Below, one piece after another: positions 25,701-40,700 of a DNA stretch of 64,000 nt. The notes under the pieces were generated by a model. That model had not been told where the DNA came from. It saw nothing but the letters and a program-made list of their open reading frames with translations, and made no database searches. Source of the DNA: Tubiluchus corallicola (taxonomy: Eukaryota; Animalia; Priapulida); assembly GCA_030141605.1 (NCBI GenBank), contig JAQGDQ010000060.1:186001-250000 (forward strand). Reading direction: 5' to 3'. Both the position numbers and the translations under genes were made by a program. Every line of letters begins with the position of its first letter. Positions within the stretch are counted from its first letter, which is position 1.

Positions 25701-28700
25701 TTAGGCACATCATAGACAGATGCTCTCAGAGTCTAAGAGAAGCGGATATTCAAAAAACTAACACAAACTACTTTCCTTTGCTGCAAGAGCAATGCACTAC
25801 ATGTTATTTAGTTGTTTACGCAGATACAGACACACACCTGTGGTACCCAGTCACATCGCAGAGTACAAGGTAATTCTCTTCATCTCTTGCATCCAAAGCT
25901 AAATTAACACAATTACTATCAAAACTAGTACAGCATAAATAATTACGTGATTTACTTATGTCAACTTGAAAGCATTTAGAATAAAAACTACTTACCGAAA
26001 GCTGGAGCAGCAGATCCAGCAGCAGGAGTCCCGAAAGCGGGTGCGGCGGAAGGAAATCCTCCGGTATTAGCTGCGCCAAATGCAAAAGGTGCCGAATTCG
26101 CCTGTGTGGTCTGTGTGATTCCACCTAGCAACGTAAAGAATGATATTACAAAACTAACAACTTTGCTAAAACTCCAAGAAATCTGCTGTTACTTAGTAAT
26201 CTTACGAAACTGGAGACAGATTCACTAACAGTTTTCATAAGAAAGTTTATAAAAATTGTTTTTGTTTTCGCAAAGCTATGATCGTATTTAATAACCTTAT
26301 CAGGTTACGAAACCTTTGTGAATACTACCGTAAGCCTAAAAATCTTCCTAAGAACAATGTTACAAATTAAACTGTTCGTAACTTTGTGAATCCGCCTCAC
26401 AATTTTGACAAGAAATGTTTCAGCGGTAGACGTGGACTTTATACACAAAACTGCCAATGACAATACATGCAATTTCAGCTTCGTGTGATTTCTCCAGACT
26501 CATTATACAAAAAAAAACAGCGTTAGTAAATCCTTTTCTCAGAACTGTAAACAATTTATCTGAAACTGTCAGGCGCTATATATTATGGACTCACTTGAAA
26601 AGCAAACTGGGAAAGGGACAAATTTAGCAAGAAGAAGAAACAACAACGTAAGAATGTGCGCAACAATAAACCCAAGTGGTCGGTGGAAAGATCTGGGTGG
26701 GTGGTGAGGCAAAGGGGGATAGTGGGGCAATAGGGTGGTGTTAGGAGCAAGTAATAAATAACTTTTTGTTTTTTACAAAATCTGAATGACAAAATATGTC
26801 ATAAACACTAAGGTAAAGGAACACATACAGTTTATAAAGAATAAAACTGACATAAGAATTATAAACTGCTAAATAAACTGGTTTACTAAATTAGGTTTTA
26901 TTTGTGAAATAAATCGTTGTGTTCATTCTTCTTGTTTACAATTTGAAGCATACCAAAATAAAAAAGCTGTGTTCACGTGTGTATGAGAGGCGCTAGGAAA
27001 TCACATGAAAGTCGAGGGGGCGCCAGCCTGGAAACGTATGGGAACCACTGCTCTAAACAATGCAAAATCTGATGAATAATAATGAAACCACTAATAACAA
27101 AGACTTACCTGTAATGGACTGTGAAGTGCTTGCTACTGAAGCTGTAGCACCAAATGCGAAAGGTGCAGCACTTGCTGCTGGAATACTCTGACCAAATGCA
27201 AATGATGCAGTACTAGTTGTAGGCATTGCAGAAGTTGACTGACCAAATGCAAACGGTGTAACGGTGCTTACTGACGTAGCCGGTGATGCAGAAACGGGTT
27301 GGCCAAAAGAAAATGGCGCAACACTACTGGCAGATGATGCTGGAGCAGAAGCAGCCTGACCAAATGCAAAAGGGGCGGTACTAGAAGATTCCGGGGTTTG
27401 CCGACCAAAAACGAACGGTGCACTTGCACTTGAAGCGACTGTAGTATTTGTCTGGCCAAAGGAAAATGGTGCACTTCCAGCTGCACCAGTCTGCCCAAAT
27501 GCAAATGGTGTGCTTCCAGCCGAAGTAGTTGCTGCTGCACTAGGTAAACCAAAAGAAAATGGTGCAGTTGTGGTAGACACCGGTGCAGTGTTTGCCTGGC
27601 CAAACGACAACTGAGATGTTGCAGGTGGCGTCGCTGCGGCACTGGACAGACCAAAAGAAAACGGCGCAGTTGTTGCCAATGTCGCTGTAGAACTCTTTTG
27701 GCCGAAGGCAAATGATGCACTAGCTGATGTTGTTGCAGAAGTTTGAGAAAACGACAGAGGCGCAACCACGGCTGACGACGCTGCTGTAGTTGACGGTCCA
27801 AAAGCAAAAGGTGTACTAGTCGATGTGGCAGCTGTGCTTCCAGTTTGACCAAAAGAAAATGGCGCACTGCCGCTTGAAGTAACCGCGGTGCTGGACTTTC
27901 CAAACGCAAATGGGACTGCAGAACTTGTTGAGGTTGCAGGCTGTCCAAAAGTAAACTGAGAACTAACAGCTTCCGACTTCTTCTGAGTTTCCGGCTCAAC
28001 ACCTGCAAAAATGAAGAGTGTTGCAAATGAAATGTAGCCAAAAACCGTTAATGTAGATGCAAGGCAACAAGTAAGACAATATAGTAAAAAATTTAATAAC
28101 TAAATCGAATGTTAGCTTTACAGAACGGCTGTGTACAAACTTTTAAACTTCCTCATCTCACTTTTAATAAATTAAGACTTATTACTTCAAAAAATCCAAT
28201 CACTATTATCTTGCATATATCACATATTAGAAGTGCACAGACTGTGGAATTTACCAGTTAACCAGTTAACCGCCATTACCAATTACATTCACTGATTATT
28301 TAAAAAATGGTAGAACATCTCGTTAAGCCCTGTTTTTTATGTTTACGGTTGTGCAACATGTAAACAAATTGTCAATTCAGGATTGAGACTTTCATTTTGA
28401 ATAGCTACCATTTTTACTAGACTCCTGTCATCTGCGTCTACTTTAAAAACACTCCACACTTCTGGTTTTGTTTGCTGTTATCCTTAACAATTCCATCAAA
28501 GTTATAGAAAGCATCTGTCTCAGTAATAAGTTGACATCATTCTGATTGTCAAGAGTAGCAAATATTTGTTAAATACATCACAGGCAGATGCTATACCCCC
28601 AGTGTTCCCACAGCAAGTTGAGAAACTTTTCCACAATCACTGCCATATAAAACTTCCGAAAAGTTAGTGCTATTCCGACTAATCAATTTTATCGTAAGTC

Positions 28701-31700
28701 AGTCGGCCGTGACATTCGACTAAGCGCTCGATCATAAATTAACATAATCGATGATTGCTAAATACAGTAAGTGTAAGTTTAATTGTAGTGTTGATAGCAA
28801 CAAATGTCATTAGTAAAATATCTTAATGAATATGCACAATAACTTAATCAAACAGAGTATTTACTTAGGGAAAGAAGTTTCCAACGATCAACACTGAAGC
28901 AGCGTGACTTACAGTAAGATGCAGCAAGCACTTTGTGACGTTCTTAAATGATATCCCGCATTGCTGTGAAGGTGGTGAAACAAAGGCCAGTTAATGTCCA
29001 AATATAATGTTTTACACTGACACATCTCTACAAAATATTACGACCAGTCATTTCTTGATCATCGATCGTAATTCAATATCAATCACAGAAATGAGACATT
29101 TTCAACACTAAAAGCACTAAATGTACACATACCTGTCTGTTTGGTCTGCAATCCACCAGTTCCAAATGTAAATGGTGCAGCTGCGTTTGCGCTGGACTGC
29201 GCACCAAATTTGAAACCAGTGTCCGGAGCACCAAAAGCCTTACTGGTCACTGCATCACGCGGCTCTAACTGCGAGTCACTCGGTTTCTTAGCAGATGTCT
29301 GGCCGAAAACACCGGTCTGATCACCTGTCTGCTTGCCAAACGCAAAAGCAGGAGCATTTGATTTCTCGCCTGTGAACTGAATACTGCCAGCAAATGGTGA
29401 AGCACCGAGTCCCGCACCAGAGTTTGCACTCACATCTGGAGTGGCGATTTTGAAAGGAGCGGCACCACTTACGGGTAACTTTTCACTATCAACTGGCGTT
29501 GCTGCCTCACTTTGTTTGGCATAACCAAATGAAAGTAGTTTCTTACTGTCTGATTCAACACTAGAAACTAACGTGCTGGTCGGCACACTAGATACGGCAG
29601 GTGAAAACTGGAATGTAGAAGGTGTCGATGACAAAGCAGCGACGACGCTCGTTGTTGCAACACCAAATTGAAAAGTCGGTGCCGCTGATGAGGTAGATTC
29701 TGTTGACTTAACGGCAGGCGGAAGCTGAAATCCGGGTTTTGATGATGAATCGTCTTCACCAGTGGATTTGGTGCCAAAAGAGAAGCCAGATCCTGCAGCC
29801 GAGGTACTATCACCGAGTTTAAATGAAATGCCTTCACCTACAGGTTTGAATCCTACACTACCAGGTGGAGTTTCTGTTGTATGAGAACTTCCAGTAGACT
29901 CAGATCCAGTAAATGTGGATGAAAGTGAACTCTCGGCCAATTTTGAACCAAAAGTAAATCCACCTGGACCAGCAGAAGTCGATGCGCTGTCTTTGTCTGG
30001 CACAGCTGTCAATGAACAAAAAAATATTTGTGCATGAAATATATACTAAAATGAGCACTCGTAAGAATAATATTAATTTTTCACGTTAGATTTTGGGAAT
30101 TCCGCCAATTAATGACTAGTCACCAATTCCATTCACTACAATGATTACAATTTTATTAGTATAATAAGTAGTTATGTAACATTAATTAATCAGAAATTTA
30201 GAACGACGACATTTTGAGAAATTGCAAGATGAATCGATTAATTTCGGTGCTAAAAAACATCAACAAAAGAAATGAAAGTATAAAATACGAAACAGCCCAT
30301 CCACTCCTGCTGTATACAGACTCCCCCCCTCCCCCCGATTAAACATAAGTTTCAGCGGATGACTACTTTTTAAACTATGACTGCAGAAATATCAATATAC
30401 ACTTACATAGCGATTTGGTGCCGGGTCGAATTGAGTTGCACGCAACACACTTGTTCGTAGAGCTGTTATTGTGTAACATGCATACGTCACACTCCCACTT
30501 ATCGGTGCCCTTTTTGAATTTCTCACCGAAACCTAAGAGTTTAGATACAAAAAAATGATATTTGTTACCTTAATGCGTACTACTAACATCAAGCAACTTT
30601 TTACACTACTTGACCTCAGAAAATCTGGGCATGGCTTTCAACAGAATTCATCTGTGTGGTGCAAGACGCCTACTCATCATTGGTCATTACTTGTAGCAAT
30701 AAACACAAACATGTTAAAAAATGAAAGTTTTCCAATTCAATAGGATTTCGGATTTAAAAACCCTTAAAACTGATTCATAAAGAGACTTTAAATACATGGA
30801 TGAAAATTACAATTAATAATAATGTAATAATAATAATAATAATAATCATAATCATAAGCTCTGTTGTGATTCTTTCTACATCCAACACACACTTAAGTTC
30901 ATAAACACAAACTCTAATGCCATTTAAAACAGACTGAACTGACTAAATAAAAAAATATATAATTTGTCATATCAGTGGTAAACAATCCTTTATGTTGGCA
31001 AAGTGAAAGCTAAACTTCTACTCACACATTAAGCCAACTTCACAATATACACACGTAATGGAAAAAGACTAATTTTGGACAAAAAACACCTAAGCCTGTA
31101 ACAGTACATTGACCTATCAATGCAACACGATATCTCTGATTACGAAAGTGATAATGCGAGTGTTAAAACTGACCGAGCAAATAGACGGGTCAGTTTAAGT
31201 TTATAGCCTGAATTAATGAGACGTACCATTAGCAGTTGACTGTTCGCTTGCCTGTTCTGTAGATTTTTCAGACGGTTTCGGCGTCTGACAAGCTACACAC
31301 TGAGCATCCGTCTTTGAGTTACTAACCATACACGAGGAACAAGACCAGGAGCCTTTAGGCGGTTTAAACTTGTCCCCAAAGCCACCAACAGGCAAGTCTG
31401 CAATGTCCGATGAATTCTGACAAGTTTTGCAAGGGTCAAGATCTGTGCATAACGAACCACATTTAGGACATTTTTTAAGCACAGGGCCACTTGAAGATTG
31501 TTGTTCTGAGCAACTAGACGTGGGTTTACTTTCACCACAGGCGGCGCAGTTCTTTGCATCTGCTGCATTGTTGATCATGCACACTGAGCAAGTCCAGCTA
31601 CCAGCTGGTTTAAATTGTGATGCACACAGAGGCACACCTGTACAGTTATTACCTGCAAACAAACATATGATTATATATAGTGCAAAAGCAGAAATTTAGC

Positions 31701-34700
31701 TTAAAAAATTCTAAAGATTTAAATATAACAAAGCAAAGTGTGACATATGGCTAACAGCTAGCAGCACACCCAGCATTTCTCAAGAATTTTATTAATTTAC
31801 TACTGACAATAACAAGCAAATTAAACCGAAAGCAATTCGCTCACCTTTTTTCAATGCATCCAGCACACTACCTGTACTCAGCTCAGATGCCGGCTTTACC
31901 TGCTCGTCAACACGATTAGCAACCTTGCTTTTCAATGCAGCTTCCGTAAATGTTGTTTTTAGCGCCGCATCTGTAAACGCCGAAGACGACTTCTTGCCCA
32001 AAACGTCCATAACGCTACCTGATTTGAACTTTGACGCAACTTTGATGCCACCTACAAGAAAAATTCTCACCTACACTGACTGTACCCAAGAATTTGTATT
32101 TGCAAGACCACACAGATGCAGGTGAAGGCCAAAGCCATAAACTAGGCAGTCCATAGCACTACTCCTAAAAGCAGGGTCATCTTAACAACATTATAGAATA
32201 GTCAGGCAATATATATATAGGCCCAGGCACAAAGCAGTGCAATGGGACCTTTACCTACCCAAACACTCACAGGAATAAAAATGTAAATGATCAATAAGTG
32301 AAACCTGCATTTACTGTATTGGTACTTCCAACAAAATCAGTGTATTTAAACATTGAAAAACAAGCTGTACAGCAAAGATTAAGAGGTTTGAAAAACACAA
32401 AAATTTAAACATATTAATGATACTCAATTAGCAAATCGTGAAGACGGAGATGGAGCAGTATGAAATTACTATGAATATTTATTAATCAAGTGTTTAGCAC
32501 AAACATTTGCAGAAAGTCTTTGCAGAAAAATAGTTTATAATTGGATTAAAGTCAACACACTCCAGGGTGTCATTTTCCATATACACAAGTGAAAGCCAGT
32601 TCAAAACCTACTGCCTCATTGTGCTGATGTTGAAGCCGATTTTTTTTATAAGTTTCAGTCTTGAATACGACCATCATTTTTAAAATTTTCATCATCAAAA
32701 ACCACGTAGTGCTTGAGATGCTCACAGTAATACTTATAGTTTAGTTTAGCATAGCATTCACTTATTGACAGCAATTCACAAAATATACAGATTAGCATGT
32801 GCTTGTGGGGCCCAGTCAGCGACTGCCTAGCGTGTGCATGCGCGTTAAGGCAGCTCTGCTTAAAGGTGAATTGCTAAACAAAAATATCAATGATTTTAAA
32901 TACACACAAAAATGTAGACTAGCACATGAAAGAATTGTAAATCACAGAAGAAATTCAATTAAACTTACCACCAGAAGAAAGAGATTCGGATTTAACCGGT
33001 GATGAAGATTTGCCAAACTGCAGTTGTGGAGTAAACGCAGAAGAACCGCTGACTGGCTGTGCAACTTTCTCTTTTGTCTCTTTACCCGACGACCTTTCAT
33101 CAATCGGAGACGTGAATTGAAAATGGTTCTGCAAAACGAACAAAATGAAACCATTCACAAAAGACAGGATAAAGTCAAAGTGAAAGTTCAATATTTTACC
33201 ACAATGAACTTTGGTGAATGCCTGTGAAAAACAGTCAATGAATTTCTGTTATTATGATACCGTTTTGCAATGTCCTAAATAGCATTCTCACATTCATTCT
33301 CATTCAGATCATTTCATTAACTCATCCTTACTAATTTTCATCTCCTGCACTCTCCACTATCAATCCATTTTTTACCTTTCCTTTTTTGCACCCTAACACC
33401 TTTGCAGTATTTGTTTATAGTGACTTGTGAAGAAAATGCATTTGATTTTGTTTCTGCTGGTTGCGTTAGGCTTTCACATCATATTATAATAAGGCACAGT
33501 TGAGCAAAAACAAACACAACTATTTCCCATTTTCATGTGGCCCAATCAAAACTTTTCTATGAACCTACACCAACACAGGTAGTTTGGCAGAGTATAGAGA
33601 ATACAGAGAATAGAGAGTATACAGAGTAAATTGGATACTTTTAAGCAATGCTAAGCCACAAGGAAGAGAAAAAGTTTGGCAACAGCCAAAAATAAAAAAA
33701 AGTCGTAAAGCAGTGAACAAAACCATCGGAACCACTTTAAATTCACTCCAGCATACATGTGTACAATGGTTTCAAAACAAAAATAGACAAAAAAACCTAC
33801 ATGTAAAAATATTCCGCTTCTTTATTTTTAGGTACGACAAGTTGCAAAAATAGCAATTCGTTAAAAAAGTTAAAGTTCGTACTCCCTGTTCTGAAAAACT
33901 AGCTCGTGATGGATACTCTACTATTGGGCTAGCAAACGTGAACTCCATTTCCATTTCTTCTGTGGACTCTTTCTCTTCTTTAGCACCGATATTTGACTGA
34001 ACCCCATCGTATGGCAATACAGGACTTTGAACTGCCAAAGCGGCAGAAGCAGCAGAAGCAGCGGCCGTAGAGACGACAGGTGTGGAAAAGTTAAACTTTG
34101 GCAAACTGCCTAGTTGTAGCGGAACCGCAGTGGACAAATTTGGTTCTTCAATTAGCTGTAAACAGAAACATCTCATTAAAACAGGTAGACAATAACAACA
34201 GGTAATTAGCTAATCTCAAATCAACATAATTTATTTTTTGTGCAAAATATCAAACAAAGTGGATTAATGTTGTCCTGAGTTGGGTGACTGAGTGGTCTAG
34301 ATTTCTTGAGTTTGAGTCTAGCGGCTGTCAACATCATGACATATACCCTACATGTTATTCGTGTGTTGCATCTATACCTGTACTGTTGTAAGATGTTGCT
34401 CATTTAACAGACAACATTAGTGTTGCATCCATACCTGTATTGTTGTAAGTTGTTGCTCATTTAACAGACAACATTAGTGTTGCATCCATACCTGTATTGT
34501 TGTAAGTTGTTGCTCATTTAACAGACAACATTAGTGTTGCATACATACCTGTACTGTTGTAAGATGTTGCTCATTTAACAGACAACATTAGTGTTGCATC
34601 CATATCTGTACTGTTGTAAGATGTTGCTCATTTAACAGATAACATTAGTGTTGCATCCATACCTGTATTGTTGTAAGTTGTTGCTCATTTAACAGAGAAC

Positions 34701-37700
34701 ATTGGCACTCACAGCAACACAGGTAAAGACTACAAAAGTCTGAAAACTAAACAACTTGGCAACCCAGGATGAAGTGTTTAAAAAGTCAGCAATCTCAATG
34801 TACAGCCATTTTCCTAAGGAATGACCTCAGAAGATTTTCGGGAAAGGCTTTCAACAGAATCTGTCTGCGTGGTGCATGCCTTTGTCTCTCATCATAGATC
34901 ATTTCTAATATATGTACCTGATACGAGTTGGCTAATGATCAATGCAAATACCTCTATTTCCTCATGCTGCTTGGTGCTGTAGTGTGTCGTTCGTGGCCGC
35001 TTCATTTTTCCTCCAGCTCCACTATCTATCGACGACTGGGGAACCGTGACCGAAGTAAGAGGCAGCCGATTGACTGCAATAATTCCGGATTTTGTCGGCT
35101 GGCTAAGGTTCGCCGTTGGTGGACCACTTTGCCTTGACAGCTGTGAACAGAAAATCATACTTGCTTGGAAAAATAAATCATAAATGAGATGATTTAAAAT
35201 CATTGTCAAAATATCAACCCATTCCACCTTCGTCAAACATGTTAGGTACAAACCTAAACGAGTTACGTATTGATTTTTTTATTCAGAAGAAATAAAACTG
35301 TTGAAATCAATATTTGAAAATAATACTTCAAAGTTAAAAGCAAAGACGTAGCATTTAAATTTCTCTTTTTTTCTTAGAAGTTTCTGTTTAATCTAAAGAC
35401 AATATAAGTAGGATCTATTTTTTTATTTTATCAACATTTTTTTACAATTTCATTGATGCATTGATTTTTGGTTTTGGAACGTTTCTCAATTCATTTACAT
35501 TACTTATCCTATAAGAGTTAAGGTTTTGTCTAACGACATTTTGCTTAACATCTTGTTCTGTTGGAACGCATTAGCGTCGTTAAATGAGGGCTTACTGTAC
35601 TGCAATTATTAAATTATGAAACTTAATTTGTCGCTTTCTAGGGAACTATAAATTTTTTCAGATAGGGTTAAAGAAACCTCGCTGGATGTTATACAAGGTT
35701 GAAACAAACTTATAAACTGACCTCGGTCGTTTTAAATGGCATATCCGTTGTTCGTCGACGAGCAGACATATTTTTGGTAACACTGTACGGCGTCGCAAGC
35801 GGACTGTTCGGTATCCGCCTCGCATCCGATAGTGGAGTCGACATTTTTTCTAAAGCGTCGAGAATTCGTTTTGCCGTGGTGCTCGTCACACAGGACGGTC
35901 CACCAGCTGATGCGGAAGTGGCACGCGGTTTTGCTCTAACATCAATAGATCGTGGCTGAAATTCAGTGACATGTTAAATGACCCACTCAATGGGCAATAA
36001 ATTTCAATGGTGATTAAGTCGCGTTAGAGCTTACGTTTAAAGCACAAGAAAACCCTCCACTTACATAAATGTTAAAAACTTCGTCTTGAAACATTTACAT
36101 ACCACTTACATACTGCCTTTTTGTACATTAGACATGCGTCGACAGTAATGCTGTATCAAACATATAAATTTAAACTCCCGCGATGACCGCTAGTCGCAAC
36201 CATTTTGATGATTAGTCATTTGAAACAAATAATCAGGGCATTCGTAGTGCACACGTCACCGACTAAATAAAATTTAGAATTACTGTATCTTGTCAATAAG
36301 ATTAAAAATAAGTTTTGCGAGTGGTGCACCCTGGAGGGTGAGTCAACGACATATTATCAATTGGCACAAACATTTTAAATGATTATTTCTAGTTACAAGC
36401 AGGTAAACGAAATGCTAAGTAATATAATTTTGCACAGAAAGTTTTTTGGGACATATTTTAACATTTAGTTTTCTTCCCCTTATTTAGGCTAAGCGTAAGT
36501 TACGTCACGTAATGGAGCGGTTGTCGGAACAGTGTCACAGGAATTCCAAAATGAAAATAACTGCAAAGAGTCTTTGTTAATTCAACAAGCTACTGTCTCT
36601 ACTTCTGCCTTATATTATAACCAATTATTCCTACTGAATAATAATCACAAATACAAAAAAAAGCTCAACCTGATAAGGTGCAGCAGAAATTGGCCGCCCA
36701 CGCTTTGATGCCGATGCTCCTCCAAAAACTGTTTTACCCGGGTAATACGGGGACTCCAGAATGTTTGAGCCGAGTGTCGTAGCTGGCTCCAACTGTAACA
36801 CATTTTCCATTCTGTGTTAAATATTATCAAGTCACACAAAATAAGGATGAAAAACGTATAAATAATAGAGAAAACTGACTAAAGTATAATTTTAAAAACG
36901 AGATTTCACAATAGATATGTATACTGCGAATTTGAGTTTTCCACGATCAATAATTCGTTTGCAATGATAATCTCTCTCTCTCTCACTCTTAATACATATG
37001 CAGCAAATAATTGTGATAATTTAGCTAAATTTTACGAAAACTAAAAAAACTATATTTACTATAGGCTAGAAATTCCTGGACAATTTTCAAGCATTTTTGC
37101 AATGATAACAATTGTTTTGCTATAATTTCGGTAACACACAAGAACAATTCTGATAAAGCCACACCCCAAGTCTACAATTTCTCAAGCATGCTTTAGTTAG
37201 GATCTGAGAAGCTCGTGCCGTTTGTGCAAGTAAATGAAATGATTGTAATTTCAGTGCAAGGAACAAACTCTATCATGCTGTTTCTACATTCAACTCTTAT
37301 CGATCACACCAAAGAATCCACCGTGTTCTTAAAATTTATTTTATTTTTCGGAAAAAGTGCAATATGATCCCTCTTTGTCAGAAGCGTTATTTAAGCTGCA
37401 CAAGGCAACCTGGTAGTAAAACAAACGCATGAATAATCGGGACACAAAAAAATGTAACCATGCTGCAATAACAAAACAGGAAATCAATAACAATAACAAA
37501 ACACCAGTGACATGACGCTAAAACTTCTACACAATGAATGTAATTTGTATTTTCATCTATTGCACATATATGTATTGATGAAGCTATGATTTGAGTATAA
37601 CATTAAAAATGCCTTCAGAGCTGCTTCAAGGACGTCAGCCCCAGCCAAGAGTTACCATTAGCAACCACTTAGCAACCATTCGCACTACGGTAAAACTGCC

Positions 37701-40700
37701 GTAACATACCCACTTTCGATAAGACATTAATTATACGACTTTTAAAAGCACCAAGCAACGCGTAACACCTGTTCCAATGTTAAATCACTTGCCATAATCA
37801 AAAGCCATTCCAAGATTTTCCATTAAAAACTCTTTGTACAGGCACTCGTTGACTTACGACTGTTCGACTTTACAACTCGACCGCATATTAAGTAGTTAAG
37901 CATACAAAACCAACTATAACTTATATTTCATTGTACTTTTTTAAACAAATTAACTTTAAATCGTTGCCTTTTTCGATAAATTCTAAGTATATACTTAGTG
38001 TGCATACACCAGGGATGTTACCGAAACAATACGCGACTGAAATTTTTGTTTCTGAATGCTGATAATTGCACTTTTGATTGAGCTTCATTTTTGTCGAAAA
38101 TTATTAAGCTTTGTAGCCGAAACTGTTTGTAATCTTCGATAGCATTTTCCCCAAGTTTTAGTAATATTTATTCCGCTCACCTTTTTGCTGCTTAGTTCTT
38201 AAGAATCACAGAAAAATTTTGGTTGAAATAGCTCAAGTAAAGTTGTTTATTTAACTTTTTTTGTACCACTTGTAGCATGCTTTTCATGGCAATGTGGCAC
38301 ATCTTCAGTGCCAATGACTGTGAAGCTTAAACATTTCCAGGCACAGTCAACCAAAATACCAAAGCATAATTCAAATAAAACCTAGTTTAATTTTAAAATT
38401 CGTGAAATTTTTTAAAGCTTAATGATCTTTAACTACTATAAACATTGTTCCACGTTTCTAGTTAGGATTTTTTGCCTATGCGCTTCAACAAGCTTGTATC
38501 AGAGCAAATATAAGCAAACAGCAACGACAAAGTATTTCATTTATTTCAGAATTTTCCAATTTTGCAGAAATGATTTCGTTTCGGTAATATCCCTGGAATA
38601 CACACAACGTCTTGCATGTAGACGTGCACCACTTTAATATACAGGTCCTACTTGTGCCCAATTCGCCTTACGACAAATCTGCCCGAAACCTATTGTGGTC
38701 GTAAGAGGACGACTACCTGTACTACTTTTTTACAATTTCACGATGATAACTACTAGCCTATAACTATCAACTCATGAAAAGAACAAAACTTACTCCTACT
38801 GGTGACCCAAAAATTGACACGTTAAAAGAACGGCGTCGTGTCGATGGGCCAGCGCTCGCTATAGAAGACGGTCCGCTTGGAGGCGCTGAATCGCCCAACT
38901 GAGGAGCTACTGACCATAACGATGATCGTCTACTGGAAGACCTCTGTGAAACAACTGGAAAATGCAACCATATTAACATGATCATCAGTGTTTTAATGAT
39001 GCTGAGGCTTGAAACTTAACATTTGTAAATTATTGACAATTAAGTACATACAGCCATGAGCAAATTAAATTTCTGACACTAAAATAAATTATTATTAATA
39101 GATATCACTGATGAGAAGCAAACAAAAATTAGGGCTGCATTAGATCCATTTTGCCTGTTACAGATCTACAAATTAATGTAAAAGATTTGTTTAACCTTCT
39201 GTTCGTGTGGTGACATCACGTGTCCATTTTTAGGGTCACTGAGTAAATTTAAGTGGAAAAACTGCAAACATTAACGTGCTTTAATTATGAATACTTGATC
39301 GGCACTCGGTTTAAACTAAAAAAGCCACGAAACTATGCTTTTACTGGAAGTAGACAACTCTAAATTTCAGCCTACATTCTTGCAGCAATAATACTGTCTT
39401 TGATTCGTGTTACGAGGAACCAGACTGTGAAGATTGCTGGTATTGCTTGCACGGCTACAAACATGGCGGCATAAATACTAAGCGATATGTCCATAAATTT
39501 CTGAAGATTTTATATATAAATCCTTCAAATTCTTTAAGAAAATTAAGACTACTGAGGTAATTAAACAGGTATATATACTATAAATTCTCACCCATTCTAA
39601 TTTTTCAGTAACCGGTGCACAATTGCTTAGTTTTACAGAAAATTTACAGAATATTTTTTAAAAAAATAGAATACAAACATTACAAAATCCTATGCAGCTT
39701 TTTGCCGGATCCAGACGGATATGGATCTATTAAAATTACCATATCTCGGAATCCGAATCTAGGACATCCTTAACAAAACGACCTGTAATTAGCATTTTTT
39801 AATCATCTAACAAATCCGTCCACAAATCAAATGATTAAATAATAACACAACGGGTGAAATCTTCAGGTAAATGTGAAAAACCTGTTTTTGACAAATTTTA
39901 ACACGTACAGGATTCGTTTTCCGCCGGTTGTCCTGCTAATTTTGACTTCTGCTGATCAGCAGTAAGTTTTGACACAGCATCCACCGTCAGACGAGCCGGC
40001 AGTCCACTTGGGGGAGCTTCCTGTCGATGGTTGTCTTGATGTAGCGATGAGCAACCGCTAGTTGATGCATCAGAATCATCTTTGTCTAAAAAAAAGCAAA
40101 GTTGTCAATTACGATTAATGAATCAAAAAATAAAACACTTGCACATATATACAAGGCTGGAGCACAACAACATTTGTTTCTGTCTTACCGCATGAGCTCA
40201 AAAGATGTCAGCAGGGAAGGAGGAATCAGCTTTAAAGCTTTGTGAATGTTTAAAGCTGAATCGTGGAATGTTTAAAATCAGTTGAAATCAAAGTTTGTTC
40301 ATCTCCAATTGATTAGCAGCAAAGTTTTAGATTTTTTCAATGCACATTCAATGAGCATCATGTAAAATGGCAACCCCGGCTGAGAGCAATCCCTTAAAAA
40401 ACATGGCCGCGTTCTGAATTCCCTGAAAGCACGATAATATAATAATTATAGCTTTAATATGACTCTATCAAGTAGGTATACAAACATACAAAAATTTTTT
40501 ATAAAACTCCCGGCCAGGGGAACGACAAAAAATATTATCCGGGCAATTAAACGGAAATAGAAGTATTTTTATTGTTGGCCTAACAAAAATCAGATGGAAA
40601 AAGTATGACTGTCCCGAAATATTCCACTAATAAAATATCACAGTGCTCACATTTAGCGAAAATACTATTAATTAACAACAGGGTGCAAATTTAGCAATTT

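Noticed and set aside
27268-28041. 257-aa overlapping ORF in NUP153 (also 29568-29837, 31293-31568, and antisense ORFs within SRP68)
   Set aside because: Shadow frames of low-complexity or codon-biased exons, with no recognisable motifs.
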